A DNA stretch of 56,460 bases from a bacterium (GCA_037446635.1 JBBIIG010000029.1:1-56460); one strand, 5' to 3'; positions 8,846 through 19,031 are shown, counted from the first letter of the stretch. Numbers and translations: made by a program. The notes: a model not told the origin generated them from the letters alone.

Positions 8846-11800
8846 TTAAACTTTTTCTATTGCAATGACCGCCTTTCGGCCATCGATCTCAAATTCCTCG
8901 TTGTAACCGTGATTTCCAGAATTCCGTGACAGCGCCTCGGCGAGCGTTTCGCTTAAGATGTAAGCCGATTGCGCTAAAATCGCTTTCTCCAATGTATCAT
9001 CCGTTTGATAAAAAATTTTGATGCGATCAACTACCTCGAAACCCGCCTTTTTGCGCATATTTTGGACGCGATTGACGAACTCCCGCGCCAGCCCTTCCAT
9101 TTCCAACTCGGGGGTGAGACGGGTATCGAGCGCTGCCGTCAAATCGCCGTCGCTTTGTACCGCCAACCCCGCGGCGCTCTCGGATTTGATTTCAACGTCG
9201 TCGAGAGCGACCGTAACTTGCCGACCGTTAAACTCGAAGTTGAACGCGCCATCTTTCTGTAAAGTTTCAATTTCAGAATGGGTCAGCGCGCGGATACGCT
9301 CAGCGACGGCATTCACCTCTTTGCCGAATTTCGGTCCGAGCTGCTTGAATTTCGGGTTGGCGCGTTTCGAAACCAATTCCCGATCGTCGCTGACGAAGTC
9401 GATGCGTTTGACGTTCAGCTCTTCGAGAATCAAGTTCGTCATACCGGAAATTTTCTTTTGAAACTCGGCGTCGCGCGCCACCACAATCACCCGCGGCAGC
9501 GGCTGCCGCACTTTGATGGCGACTTCGTTGCGCAGCGCCCGGCCTAAAACGACGACTCGCCGCACCAAGTCCATCCTTTCTTCCAACTCTGGATCGCGGT
9601 ACGTAAAAGCGGTGGCTGATTTTTTGGGATAAAACGTCAGGTGGACGCTTTCGGATTCGCCCTGCTTTTCGCGCGTCAAATTCAAATACAATTCGTCAGA
9701 GATAAACGGAATGAACGGCGCCATCAATTTCGAAAGCGTGTACAAAACTTCGTACAACGTTTCGTACGCCGCCAGTTTGTCTTCGCCCATTTCCGATTTC
9801 CAGAAACGGCGGCGGCAGCGGCGGACGTACCAGTTGGAAACGTCGTCGATCACAAAATCCGAAATTGCGCGGGCGGCTTTGGTGAGATCGTAACGACTCA
9901 AGTAGTTTTCTGTTTTCTCGACGAGATTGTTCAATGAGCTCAAAAGCCAGCGGTCAATTTCTGCGCGCTTTTCAACGGCGACGGTAGATTTTTTATAGAC
10001 GAATTTATCGACGTTCGCATACACCGCAAAAAACGAGTACACATTCAGCAGCGTCCCCAAAAACTTGCGAACAACTTCGGTGACGCCATCAACGTCGAAG
10101 CGTGTGGGCACCCACGGCGGACTGACGGTGAGCAGGTACCAGCGCAAAGCGTCGGCGCCCTGCTCATTCAAAATCAGCCACGGGTCCACGGCGTTGCCTT
10201 TGGACTTCGACATTTTTTGTCCGAACTTGTCAAGAATCAGATCGCTGGAAAGGCAAATCTTATAGCAGGGTTTATCGAACAGCAGCACGGAAATCGCCAG
10301 CAGCGAGTAGAACCAGCCGCGCGTCTGATCCACGGCCTCGGCAATGAAATCCGCCGGGAAACTCTGTTCAAATTTCTCGCGATTCTCAAACGGATAATGC
10401 CACTGTGCCACGGGCATGCTGCCGGAGTCGAACCATACGTCCAGCACCTCCGGCGTGCGCACCATCTGCCCTTGGCATTTCGGGCAGGCAATGTGCACGG
10501 CATCGATGTATGGCTTATGCAGATCGATGTCTTTATTTAAACCTGAAAGCTTTTTAAGCTCGGCCACACTGCCAATGCAGAGCGCATGTTCGCATTTGCT
10601 GCACACCCAAAACGGCAGGGGCGTCCCCCAGTAGCGATCGCGCGACAGCGACCAATCGACGTTGTTTTCGAGCCACTCGCCGAAGCGGCCTTCACCCACT
10701 TCTTTGGGAAACCACTTGATGGTTTTGTTGTGATGAATCAGCCGATCCTTTTTGGCGGTGGTGCGGGCAAACCACGATTTTTTGGCGTAATACAACAGCG
10801 GCGAGCTGCAGCGCCAGCAGTGGGGATAGCTGTGCAGATATTTTTCGGATTGATAAAGCAGCCCGCGAGATTTCAAATCTTTGATGATTTCCGCATCCGC
10901 GGCTTTGACAAATTGCTGCTTGAAGAGCGTCACCTCGTCGGTGAATTTGCCGCTTTTATCAACCGGCTGCAGCACCGGCAAATTGTATTTCAGTCCCAGT
11001 TGATAATCGTCTTCGCCGAACGCCGGCGCCATGTGAACAATTCCGGAACCATCTTCCGTGGAGACGAAATCGCCCAAAACGGTGTAGTGCATTTTCTGTT
11101 CGGCTTTGCAGAAGGAATAAAGCGGCTCGTATTCTTTGCCGGCCAATTCTTTGCCCGAATAACTTTCGACGATTTCGTACTGGTTTTTTAGCACCGGCAG
11201 CCGCGCTTCGGCGAGAATCAAAAACTCGTCGGCGGTTTTCACTTTGACGTATTTGATATCCGGATTGAGCGCCAGCGCCACATTGGAAATGAGCGTCCAC
11301 GGCGTGGTCGTCCAAACTAAGAAAGAAGTGTCTTTCTCCCCCTTGATTTTCATGCGCACATAAACCGACGGGTCCTCGACATCTTTGTAGCCCAACGAAA
11401 CTTCGTGGCTGGAGAGCGGCGTTTCGCAGCGCGGACAGTAGGGCACGATTTTGTGGCCGCGATAGATCAACCCCCTTTTCCAAAACTCGCTGAGAATCCA
11501 CCACACGGATTCGATGTAGTTGTTTTCGTAGGTGATGTAGGGGTGATCGAGATCGAGCCAAAAGGCGATGCGGCGGGTGAATTCGTCCCACTCTTTTTTG
11601 TATTTCCAAACGCTTTCGCGGCATTTTTGATTGAATTTTGCCACACCGTATTTTTCGATGTCATCTTTGCGAGTGAACCCCAATTCCTTCTCGACTTCGA
11701 TTTCCACCGGCAGGCCGTGGGTATCCCAGCCGGCCTTGCGCTCCACGCGATAGCCTTCCATAGTTTTGTATCGGCACACAAAATCTTTGAGGGTGCGGGA

Positions 11801-11980
11801 AATCACGTGATGGATGCCCGGGCGGCCGTTGGCCGTAGGCGGGCCTTCGTAGAAAATGAACGGCTGGTTCGCATCCCGGCTTTCGACGCTCTTTTTAAAG
11901 ATGTCGTTCTTTTCCCAATACGCCAGAATTTCTTCTTCGATGGCCGGGAAGTTGAGTTGTGTCGATAGTTCTTTGTACAA
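8846..11980 (-). CDS. ileS: Isoleucine-tRNA ligase (IleRS type 2)
   Basis: EGPPTANGRPGIHH (HIGH), GWDTHGLP, WTTTPWTL editing motif, DQTRGWF, KMSKS; TTG start. Confidence 0.97.
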   Translation of the reverse strand: MYKELSTQLNFPAIEEEILAYWEKNDIFKKSVESRDANQPFIFYEGPPTANGRPGIHHVISRTLKDFVCRYKTMEGYRVERKAGWDTHGLPVEIEVEKELGFTRKDDIEKYGVAKFNQKCRESVWKYKKEWDEFTRRIAFWLDLDHPYITYENNYIESVWWILSEFWKRGLIYRGHKIVPYCPRCETPLSSHEVSLGYKDVEDPSVYVRMKIKGEKDTSFLVWTTTPWTLISNVALALNPDIKYVKVKTADEFLILAEARLPVLKNQYEIVESYSGKELAGKEYEPLYSFCKAEQKMHYTVLGDFVSTEDGSGIVHMAPAFGEDDYQLGLKYNLPVLQPVDKSGKFTDEVTLFKQQFVKAADAEIIKDLKSRGLLYQSEKYLHSYPHCWRCSSPLLYYAKKSWFARTTAKKDRLIHHNKTIKWFPKEVGEGRFGEWLENNVDWSLSRDRYWGTPLPFWVCSKCEHALCIGSVAELKKLSGLNKDIDLHKPYIDAVHIACPKCQGQMVRTPEVLDVWFDSGSMPVAQWHYPFENREKFEQSFPADFIAEAVDQTRGWFYSLLAISVLLFDKPCYKICLSSDLILDKFGQKMSKSKGNAVDPWLILNEQGADALRWYLLTVSPPWVPTRFDVDGVTEVVRKFLGTLLNVYSFFAVYANVDKFVYKKSTVAVEKRAEIDRWLLSSLNNLVEKTENYLSRYDLTKAARAISDFVIDDVSNWYVRRCRRRFWKSEMGEDKLAAYETLYEVLYTLSKLMAPFIPFISDELYLNLTREKQGESESVHLTFYPKKSATAFTYRDPELEERMDLVRRVVVLGRALRNEVAIKVRQPLPRVIVVARDAEFQKKISGMTNLILEELNVKRIDFVSDDRELVSKRANPKFKQLGPKFGKEVNAVAERIRALTHSEIETLQKDGAFNFEFNGRQVTVALDDVEIKSESAAGLAVQSDGDLTAALDTRLTPELEMEGLAREFVNRVQNMRKKAGFEVVDRIKIFYQTDDTLEKAILAQSAYILSETLAEALSRNSGNHGYNEEFEIDGRKAVIAIEKV

Positions 11981-12259
11981 CTAATTGTTCCCCGCTTCTA
12001 CAAACCAATCAAGCACTTTCGGATTTTCATAAACCAGCACCAAAACATCCAATCCCTGCTCAAGTAACATCTCCGTGCAGAGCTTGCTGGTTAATTGAGT
12101 TATTTCTTCTTTATTGTTCTCCGAAGTAAAGACTTCAATCAAGGTTGTGTCATTCTTCTCGTATTCATTGATAAATTTCACATTCGGAAAAATTTCGATT
12201 ACTCGTTTTTTTAACTCTGAGATTTTTTTTCCCTTCGTGCTTTTATTCATGACTGACAT
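11981..12259 (-). CDS. Small HEPN-partner protein (possible degenerate nucleotidyltransferase-fold antitoxin)
   Basis: 92-aa AT-rich ORF (or from ATG 12250) directly downstream of a HEPN gene; the canonical GS/DxD motif of minimal nucleotidyltransferases is not evident. Confidence 0.55.
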   Translation of the reverse strand: MSVMNKSTKGKKISELKKRVIEIFPNVKFINEYEKNDTTLIEVFTSENNKEEITQLTSKLCTEMLLEQGLDVLVLVYENPKVLDWFVEAGNN

Positions 12260-12699
12260 GCTTGGAAATTTCCTTGATTAACTCGTTGGCTTTATCTAAA
12301 GCTTATGCAATCCATTGAAGCAAGGGTGCAAATAGTTGCACTTTCATAGCGCTTCTGTAGCAGCGCCCTATGGTTTCGTCTGGCGTCTTTTTTACTAACT
12401 GGAACTGGTCTGTAATCAGCAATTTCTCTTAAGCTTCTCAATTCATTCAAATAATTTGAAAATTTTGATGAAAGGACTTTCTTTCTTTTAATAAAATTGA
12501 CAACGAAATTTGCTTGCACCCAAGCATGATCAAAATCTAATTTCGGCGACTTGATGCCAAATTTTGATAATAAAGAAATAGTCGCTTGATATGCAGCAAA
12601 GTATGAGCGATTCGCGCAGGCATTGTACCTCGCATTTCTAAACGCATCTTCCGCATCGTTTATGTTCTCAACCGCTTTCTCAAAAAAGTCTAAGTGCAA
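12243..12699 (-). pseudogene. HEPN-domain (UPF0332-like) gene frameshifted by a 73-nt insertion
   Basis: KA.ENI.DA...YNACANRSYFAAYQA...H..V...F...LREIADY pattern; removing 12303-12375 restores ...KDARRALDKANELIKEISKHVSHE* with the stop overlapping the partner ATG; start (TTG 12699) uncertain. Confidence 0.72.
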
Positions 12700-12716
12700 A
12701 GCAGAACTCGCTGCAA

Positions 12717-13538
12717 TTAAATCCTCTCCACCACCCGCTTCATCAGCAGCGTCAACTTTGGTTCGGCTTCCGCGGCCACGCGCAAAATTTCCTGAATATT
12801 GACCGGCTTGAGCGCATCCGGAAAGCAGGCATCGGTGACCACCGACAGCCCCAGCACTTTCATCGCGCTGTGCACCGCCACAATCACTTCCGGCACCGTG
12901 GACATGCCGACGACGTCGGCGCCAATGGCGCGTAGGAAACGATACTCGGCGCGGGTTTCGAGGCACGGCCCGCTGAGCGCCACATAAACTCCCTTTTGAA
13001 TTTTGACTTTTTCCTCCAACGCAATTTGCTCCACCAGCTCAATCAGAGATTTGGTGTAAGGCTCCGACATATCCGGAAAACGCGGCCCGAGGGAATCATC
13101 ATTCAAACCGATCAAAGGGTTGTCGCCAAAGAGGTTGATGTGATCGGTGATGACCATGATGTCACCGGGCGCAAACAGCGGATTCATGCCGCCGCAGGCA
13201 TTGGAAACCAAAAGCGTGTGCGCGCCCAAATTTTTCATCACCCGCACCGGAAAGGTGATCTGCTGCATCGAGTAGCCTTCATAATAATGAAAGCGGCCCT
13301 GCATCGCCATCACCGGCTTATCCGCGATTTTGCCAAAGATGAGCCGCCCCGCGTGGCTTTCCACAGTCGAAAGTGGAAAGTGCGGAATTTGATCATACGG
13401 GATCACGGCCTCTTTGGAAATTTCCTCGGCGAGCTTCCCCAGCCCGGTGCCAAGTATAATTCCGACTTGCGGTTTGATCTTGGTTTTTGATTTAATGAAA
13501 TCGCTGGCTTCTTTGATTTGCGCTTTTAGATCCTGCAT
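12717..13538 (-). CDS. punA: Purine-nucleoside phosphorylase (trimeric type)
   Basis: IILGTGLG, MQGRFHYYEG, SNACGG, GPCLET, VGMSTVPE. Confidence 0.93.
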   Translation of the reverse strand: MQDLKAQIKEASDFIKSKTKIKPQVGIILGTGLGKLAEEISKEAVIPYDQIPHFPLSTVESHAGRLIFGKIADKPVMAMQGRFHYYEGYSMQQITFPVRVMKNLGAHTLLVSNACGGMNPLFAPGDIMVITDHINLFGDNPLIGLNDDSLGPRFPDMSEPYTKSLIELVEQIALEEKVKIQKGVYVALSGPCLETRAEYRFLRAIGADVVGMSTVPEVIVAVHSAMKVLGLSVVTDACFPDALKPVNIQEILRVAAEAEPKLTLLMKRVVERI

Positions 13539-13552
13539 CCGGCCTCTTAAAT

Positions 13553-14275
13553 TTAAAAAATAAGCTGATCGGAAATGCGCGAGCGTTTTTCCTGGAGCTC
13601 GCTGGTTTGCTCATCACTATTTTCTGGAGTGGGCTGCGTCCAATTCTTGGTCGAATTTGCTACAGGGTTGGTACCTGGCGATGCTTCCGACTTTGCGGTT
13701 ATGCGTTTGCTGATCATTTCTTCGATGCTCTCGAACTCGATCTTTTCCTGATTTTCGGCAGCAGAATTGGAGGAAGGCGAGTTAGCGGCGGCAGGGCGTT
13801 TTTCCTCGAATTTGCCGTAGCCCAGGTCGTCCGATTCCAGCACATCAATCAAATCAATCTGCGAAGTCAGCAGATGACGCAGCCGGCGAGCGAACGATTC
13901 CTTTTGCGACTTGACCAGCACCAGCTCGTTTTTCAGTTCGGCCAACTTAATTTTGGCGTCTTCCAAAATTTTCTCGGCTTTAATTTCGGCCTCGCGCACG
14001 ATCAAGTTGGCCTGGCGCTGAGAATTCTGCCGCGATTCAGCGATGGATTGCTGGGCGGTCATCAAGGTATCCTGCAGCGCCTTTTCGACGTTTTGGTAAT
14101 CGCGCAATTGGGTCTTGAGCTTCAAGGCCTCGTCCTGCAAGCTATTTTTTTCTCGAATCACCGCCTCGTATTCTTCGGCAACCATCTCTAAAAAGGTTTC
14201 TACTTCGATGGGATCATAGCCGCGCATTGCTTTCTTAAACTCTTGCTTCTTAATGTCTAACGGTGTTAGCTTCAA
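13553..14275 (-). CDS. divIVA: DivIVA domain protein
   Basis: (M)KLTPLDIKKQEFKKAMRGYDPIEVETFL signature plus coiled coil; TTG 14275 preceded by AGGAGGTG. Confidence 0.88.
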   Translation of the reverse strand: MKLTPLDIKKQEFKKAMRGYDPIEVETFLEMVAEEYEAVIREKNSLQDEALKLKTQLRDYQNVEKALQDTLMTAQQSIAESRQNSQRQANLIVREAEIKAEKILEDAKIKLAELKNELVLVKSQKESFARRLRHLLTSQIDLIDVLESDDLGYGKFEEKRPAAANSPSSNSAAENQEKIEFESIEEMISKRITAKSEASPGTNPVANSTKNWTQPTPENSDEQTSELQEKRSRISDQLIF

Positions 14276-14344
14276 ACTACCACCTCCTAAACTGAAGTTA
14301 GTACAACATCCACCATCGGCTCCGGTGTCGAAAAATAAGTAAAA

Positions 14345-14373
14345 AATATACGCCACTACTCTATAAAAATCAA
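14345..14373 (-). promoter_or_regulatory. Putative sigma70 promoter of the divIVA-punA-ileS operon
   Basis: TTGATT-N17-TATATT on the minus strand. Confidence 0.5.
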
Positions 14374-14445
14374 TAAAAAATTTGGAAGAAAAATTTGGAA
14401 GGGTTGAAATTACCGGCAACTGGTCGAAAATGTGAAAGAGCGGAG

Positions 14446-16164
14446 CTAAAGCCGGGCTGCCAAGACCACGCTCTTTTTTTCGGAGAGCACCACGCCGGCC
14501 TGAGCATTCAAAGCCTGCAAATAAACCACGTAAATGCCCATTCTGGCCATTTGATTATTATAATCGCGGCCGTCCCAGCGCAGGGTTTTCTCGGCGCCGG
14601 CGGGTTCGTTGTTGGCGAGAAATCGAATGAGCCGGCCGCGCAGGTCGTAAATTTTCACATTGACTGCCGCTGTGGTCACCGGTAATTTGAAGGTGATGAA
14701 AGCAAAATCATCGTGGCCGTCGTCATCCGGCGAGAAGGGATTGGGGGAAATAGTAATCGCCGCCTCGGAAAGCGGGAACTCGGCAAAAATGCTGTTCTGT
14801 GCGCCGGGGGTGCCGCCAGCAAAAACCACGCAGGTGCTCCAGTTTATGCTATCGTTAGAAGCAAATTGCGGGTTGATTCTTTCGAGGGAAAACCCTCTCT
14901 CGCCGCCCCAATTGCTGCGATAATCAACACGATCTATCTGGTTGCCGCTCAAATCATACAGGACGACGCTGTCGAACTCGTTATTCAAAGCTGGCCAATT
15001 TTTTAAAATCGTAAACGTTCCAGCCGGCAAAGTAAGCAAGCCGGTTAAGGTGTCTTCGGCCAAAACAAAATAACCGCCCGGGGGGATGACAATTTCATTT
15101 TCTACAAAGGCGCTCGCGCCGGCATCGGAATCCGTGAGGCGCCAGCCGCGCAAACTCACCGTTTGCGAAGTGGGGTTAAAAACTTCCACCCATTCGGGCT
15201 CGCTAGTTAAAGGAGAATACATGATTTCATTTAATACGATGACCCCGGCTTGGTGGCCCACCCGCAGTTCTTTTTGAGCGAGATTGTTGGCGAGATTTTC
15301 ATCTTCAGAAAATTCGATGGCGGCAAAAAATAAGTGGCGGCCGGCGGCAATATTTTCGAAGCGAAACTCGAAGCGGGTGGAATCGCCGCTGGCGAGGGGC
15401 TGGGTGACTTCAAACCTGGCCAACTCTTCTGCGCCCTCGGGCTGGCCGTTACTATTTTGATCCTCGGACAAGATCACGGAATAATTGTTGGCCGGCAGCA
15501 AACCGATATTTCTAATTAAACCTGACACGCTTATACTTTCGCCGGCGCACACGCTTTGCGGCGAGAAAGCCAGGTCGTCCGAGAAAATTGCGAGATCGTG
15601 ATCGAGCGGCGAAACGCTGTTGCGCGCTCCTGGTGTGCCCAATTGCACGCGGCTGTTTGCCCAGTTCTCCGGCGTGTTGGGACCGGTGAGGTCAATTTTT
15701 TCATCCGAAAAACCGGCGGCGTTGTCGAGGGAGTAGGTGTACTCCGAAACGGTGAAGCCAAAGGCGTCAATCAGAGAAATGGTTTCGGGAGTGGAGTTGG
15801 ACAAACCGGCGCTGCCAAAAGCGGAATCGCCGATTTTCAAAATCAGACTGTTTTCTGGAATCAGGCCGTCGTAAGCGGTGGAGTTGCCGAAGTAGGAGCC
15901 ATCGAGAATGACGGCGAACTGGCCGGGTTGCAGGATCAAGCCGCTGGCAACGGCTTCAATGGCGTCGAAGCCGGCGCCGTCGCTGAGCTGCCAGCCGGCG
16001 AGATCGATGGAATCGGTTTCGGAGGTGTTATAAAATTCGACGAACTCATCGTGGGCTTCGTTGCCCAAGGGGTCAAACATGATCTCGGATAAAACCACCT
16101 GCGAGCAAGCTTCTCCACACAACACTACAAAAAAAATAAATAGCCACCCAGACTTTTGCTTCAT
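14446..16164 (-). CDS. Secreted lamin-tail-domain protein with CARDB-like and C-terminal FlgD/sorting domain
   Basis: Signal peptide; two LSEIMFDP/LNEIMYSP...E(F/W)VE.(Y/F)N...GTPG..NS lamin-tail repeats; C-terminal PNPFSPDDDG...IYDLRG...WDG. Confidence 0.8.
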   Translation of the reverse strand: MKQKSGWLFIFFVVLCGEACSQVVLSEIMFDPLGNEAHDEFVEFYNTSETDSIDLAGWQLSDGAGFDAIEAVASGLILQPGQFAVILDGSYFGNSTAYDGLIPENSLILKIGDSAFGSAGLSNSTPETISLIDAFGFTVSEYTYSLDNAAGFSDEKIDLTGPNTPENWANSRVQLGTPGARNSVSPLDHDLAIFSDDLAFSPQSVCAGESISVSGLIRNIGLLPANNYSVILSEDQNSNGQPEGAEELARFEVTQPLASGDSTRFEFRFENIAAGRHLFFAAIEFSEDENLANNLAQKELRVGHQAGVIVLNEIMYSPLTSEPEWVEVFNPTSQTVSLRGWRLTDSDAGASAFVENEIVIPPGGYFVLAEDTLTGLLTLPAGTFTILKNWPALNNEFDSVVLYDLSGNQIDRVDYRSNWGGERGFSLERINPQFASNDSINWSTCVVFAGGTPGAQNSIFAEFPLSEAAITISPNPFSPDDDGHDDFAFITFKLPVTTAAVNVKIYDLRGRLIRFLANNEPAGAEKTLRWDGRDYNNQMARMGIYVVYLQALNAQAGVVLSEKKSVVLAARL

Positions 16165-16246
16165 TCTACTTTTACTGATTCGATATGATAACCAGAAGAT
16201 GTGATGCTATGCGGGAGGAGGCGTTTTAGAAGATCTTAATCAAAAA

Positions 16247-16852
16247 TTAGTTAGGTCCACCAACACCATATTTTATGTTGAAAAAACTTTCATAGATGAT
16301 GGCATAGTCAGTTTCAAGTATGTGGTATTTTTTGACGAAATCTTTAGCAAGCTCTAATCTTTTTTCGGGAGGAGAATTCCGAATAATTTCTTGCTGTTTT
16401 TTAATTGCTGAAGCCAGTTCAAGCGTCTGACTTGAAGTCAAATTTTTTAGGCTCATCAGGCGTAAATAAGTATTAATATCGATCTCAGGATGTCTATTAG
16501 AAACAACCATTATCAACCCGTTAAAATCTTTTCGCAATTCTTTGAATTCTTTGCCTTGATAATCAATTTTTTGATCCATTGTTTTAATTAAGTCAGACAG
16601 TCCGCTAATCTGACTCGATATTTGATTAAAATCCGTAATATCTCGACGTTGTTTATCATCTATCGCTTCGACTTTTTCAGCTATCCTTTTCAGGTCAACT
16701 TTCATTGAACCGAGTTCTGATTTTAAAAAATCAATATTCAACTGGTTCTCTTTAACAATCAAAATATAACCACCAAATGAGATAATCAAAGCCGATATTA
16801 TTGAAATCAAAACGGGTTTAATAATCTCATTTACTTTTGTATGTTTTCCCAT
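16247..16852 (-). CDS. Hypothetical membrane-anchored coiled-coil protein (AT-rich orphan)
   Basis: 201-aa ORF, GAGGAGG RBS, N-terminal TM helix, heptad-rich middle. Confidence 0.65.
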   Translation of the reverse strand: MGKHTKVNEIIKPVLISIISALIISFGGYILIVKENQLNIDFLKSELGSMKVDLKRIAEKVEAIDDKQRRDITDFNQISSQISGLSDLIKTMDQKIDYQGKEFKELRKDFNGLIMVVSNRHPEIDINTYLRLMSLKNLTSSQTLELASAIKKQQEIIRNSPPEKRLELAKDFVKKYHILETDYAIIYESFFNIKYGVGGPN

Positions 16853-16899
16853 GTAAATCCACCCCTCCTCGAGAAACTGAGAAAATCCTTATTTTCATT

Positions 16900-17811
16900 C
16901 TAATTCAAAATAAACTTGACCGGATCTTGCTGCTCGCCGTCGATGATGACTTCATAGTGCAAATGCGGCCCTGTAGCCAGGCCGGTGTCGCCCACCAGTC
17001 CTATCGGTTTCCAGCGGTCAACTTTGTCGCCCTGTTTCACCAACACTTTGGAGAGGTGGCCGTAGAGGGTTTCGACGCCGCGGCCATGATCGATGATCAC
17101 ATGTTTGCCGTAACCGCGGTGGAGGTTATCGTTGACGACCTTTTTGACCACGCCAGCCGCGGAGGCCAGAACTTCGGTGCCGCGGTCCGAGGCGATATCG
17201 ACGCCTTTGTGGTGCTGGATTTTGTCGATGATGGGGTGCAGCCGCAAGCCAAATTTATCTTTGATGATGCCGTCGATGAGCGGGCGAATGGAAGGAGTGT
17301 GTTTGAGAATCTGCTGGTTTTCGTCTAATTTCCGTTTAATCTCGTCGCGGCTGGTTTTGGTGAGATCGATTCGCCGTTCTAATTTGTCTAACAACCGTTG
17401 GTGTTCAAAAAGCTCGGCGGAGAACGGATCGGGCGCAACCGGGTAGTTGACATTCATAATTCCGCCGACGCCCACATCGCGGGTGTCGGCGTCGATGCGC
17501 GGCAAGTTAGCGACGATGCGCAGTTGGTCGTCCTCTTTCTCCAAATCCAGAATGCGTGATTGGACTTCACGGACTTTGCTGGTCATTTCCACCAACTGAT
17601 CCTTAAGGACCGCGTTGCTTTTGGTTAGAGAGGCGATTTGAATTGAGTGGTAGAAGTCGGTGAAAAGGGCAATGGTTGCAGATACAATGATAAGCAAAAG
17701 AATGAACGCCGTTAACAACAGCGATAAAAATTTCCCCCAGGATAACTCCAGCTGCTTTGCCTCGGAATCGGTAGCCGAAAAATAGATGATCTTAACCTTT
17801 TTGTATTGCAT
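16900..17811 (-). CDS. M23-family peptidoglycan endopeptidase
   Basis: TM helix plus coiled coil; HKGVD, YGHLS and TGPHLHYEV motifs; ATG 17811 with GAGGAAGG RBS. Confidence 0.92.
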   Translation of the reverse strand: MQYKKVKIIYFSATDSEAKQLELSWGKFLSLLLTAFILLLIIVSATIALFTDFYHSIQIASLTKSNAVLKDQLVEMTSKVREVQSRILDLEKEDDQLRIVANLPRIDADTRDVGVGGIMNVNYPVAPDPFSAELFEHQRLLDKLERRIDLTKTSRDEIKRKLDENQQILKHTPSIRPLIDGIIKDKFGLRLHPIIDKIQHHKGVDIASDRGTEVLASAAGVVKKVVNDNLHRGYGKHVIIDHGRGVETLYGHLSKVLVKQGDKVDRWKPIGLVGDTGLATGPHLHYEVIIDGEQQDPVKFILN

Positions 17812-17980
17812 AATACATAACCCTTCCTCAAATAGGTACAAATTCCAATTTCAGACCGACTGCTTACGAGAGGTGCCAAAACAAGCTGACGCTTTAGAGA
17901 ACCTAAGTTTAAGATAAGAAACCGATTACCTGTTTCCTCAAATCAAAGGTAGGAGTGGATGAAGCAATGAAACTGCGCAC

Positions 17981-18010
17981 AATCTAATAAATTAATTGCC
18001 GTTTGTCAAG
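17981..18010 (-). promoter_or_regulatory. Putative sigma70 promoter of the M23 gene
   Basis: TTGACA-N17-TAGATT on the minus strand, implying a leader of about 160 nt. Confidence 0.55.
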
Positions 18011-18070
18011 TAGAAAATATCTTTAACTCTTAAAATTTTAATATTATGTATTCGATGATGAACGAGTTCT

Positions 18071-18919
18071 TCAACCCAGAAAAGAGCGCAGTGGTTTGCT
18101 GCGCGAAGAATGCCGCAGCCTCTTGATGGCCTTTTCTTTGATTTGGCGAACTCGTTCGCGGGTCAGCTTAAAACGCTCGCCGATTTCTTCCAAAGTCAAC
18201 GGGTGCTCTTGTCCCAGGCCAAAATAAAGGCGAATCACTTCCGCCTCACGGTTGGAGAGCCCTTTCAAGATCGCTTCAATTTCTATTTTCAGCGATTCTT
18301 CTAAAAGAATGCGATCGGGCGGCGGAAGTTCGTCGTTCTCCAAAACGTCGAGCAGGCGGCTTTCGGCGTCTTCGTTTAACGGCGCGTCCAGGGAAATCTG
18401 CTTGCCAGAGATTTTCAGGGTATTGATTACCTCCAAAGCCGACATCTGCAGCGCCTCCGCTATCTCCGCCTCCGAAGGCTCGCGCTCATATTCTTGTTCT
18501 AAATTACAAAACGTTTTACCAATTTTATGGAGCGCCCCCACGCGATTGAGCGGCAGCCGCACCACCCGCGACTGCTCCGCCAAAGCCTGCAGAATGGACT
18601 GCCGAATCCACCACACGGCATAAGAGATGAATTTAAATCCGCGCGTGACATCAAAACGGTAGGCGGCTTTGATCAACCCCAAATTGCCTTCGTTGATCAA
18701 ATCCCCCAACGACAGCCCTTGATTTTGATATTGCTTCGCCACGCTAACGACAAAACGCAAATTGGCTTTCGTGATTTTGTCCAGCGCCATCAGATCCCCC
18801 GCTTGCACTTTCTTCGCCAACTCGATTTCTTCACCCGGAGTCAAGAGCGGGACTTCACTGATTTCTTTTAAATAGCGGTCCAAGTACTGCTCGGAATAAC
18901 CGTTTTTTTTTGAAACCAT
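18071..18919 (-). CDS. RNA polymerase sigma70 factor, RpoD/SigA family lacking region 1.1
   Basis: [48 protein letters not shown]...TRERVRQI. Confidence 0.93.
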   Translation of the reverse strand: MVSKKNGYSEQYLDRYLKEISEVPLLTPGEEIELAKKVQAGDLMALDKITKANLRFVVSVAKQYQNQGLSLGDLINEGNLGLIKAAYRFDVTRGFKFISYAVWWIRQSILQALAEQSRVVRLPLNRVGALHKIGKTFCNLEQEYEREPSEAEIAEALQMSALEVINTLKISGKQISLDAPLNEDAESRLLDVLENDELPPPDRILLEESLKIEIEAILKGLSNREAEVIRLYFGLGQEHPLTLEEIGERFKLTRERVRQIKEKAIKRLRHSSRSKPLRSFLG

Positions 18920-19031
18920 AAATTTGTGTTCAGACCCGGCTGAATGTCAAATCAAAACTGAATTTGATTTTATACTATTACCCAAATTTGAGGAAAATGA
19001 AGACTGTCGATGTGCACTATTTTTGAACGCG

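Noticed and set aside
12303..12375. 73-nt insert as a tRNA, integron attC site or CRISPR repeat
   Set aside because: No cloverleaf or acceptor stem, no paired RYYYAAC/GTTRRRY boxes, and the single ATTGAAGC is not repeated
12700..12966. N-terminal extension of the HEPN ORF given in the track
   Set aside because: It overlaps punA out of frame; HEPN-like sequence and AT-rich composition begin only near 12699
17812..17980. Riboswitch in the long M23 leader
   Set aside because: I could not see c-di-AMP or c-di-GMP aptamer consensus elements; an Infernal/Rfam scan would be needed
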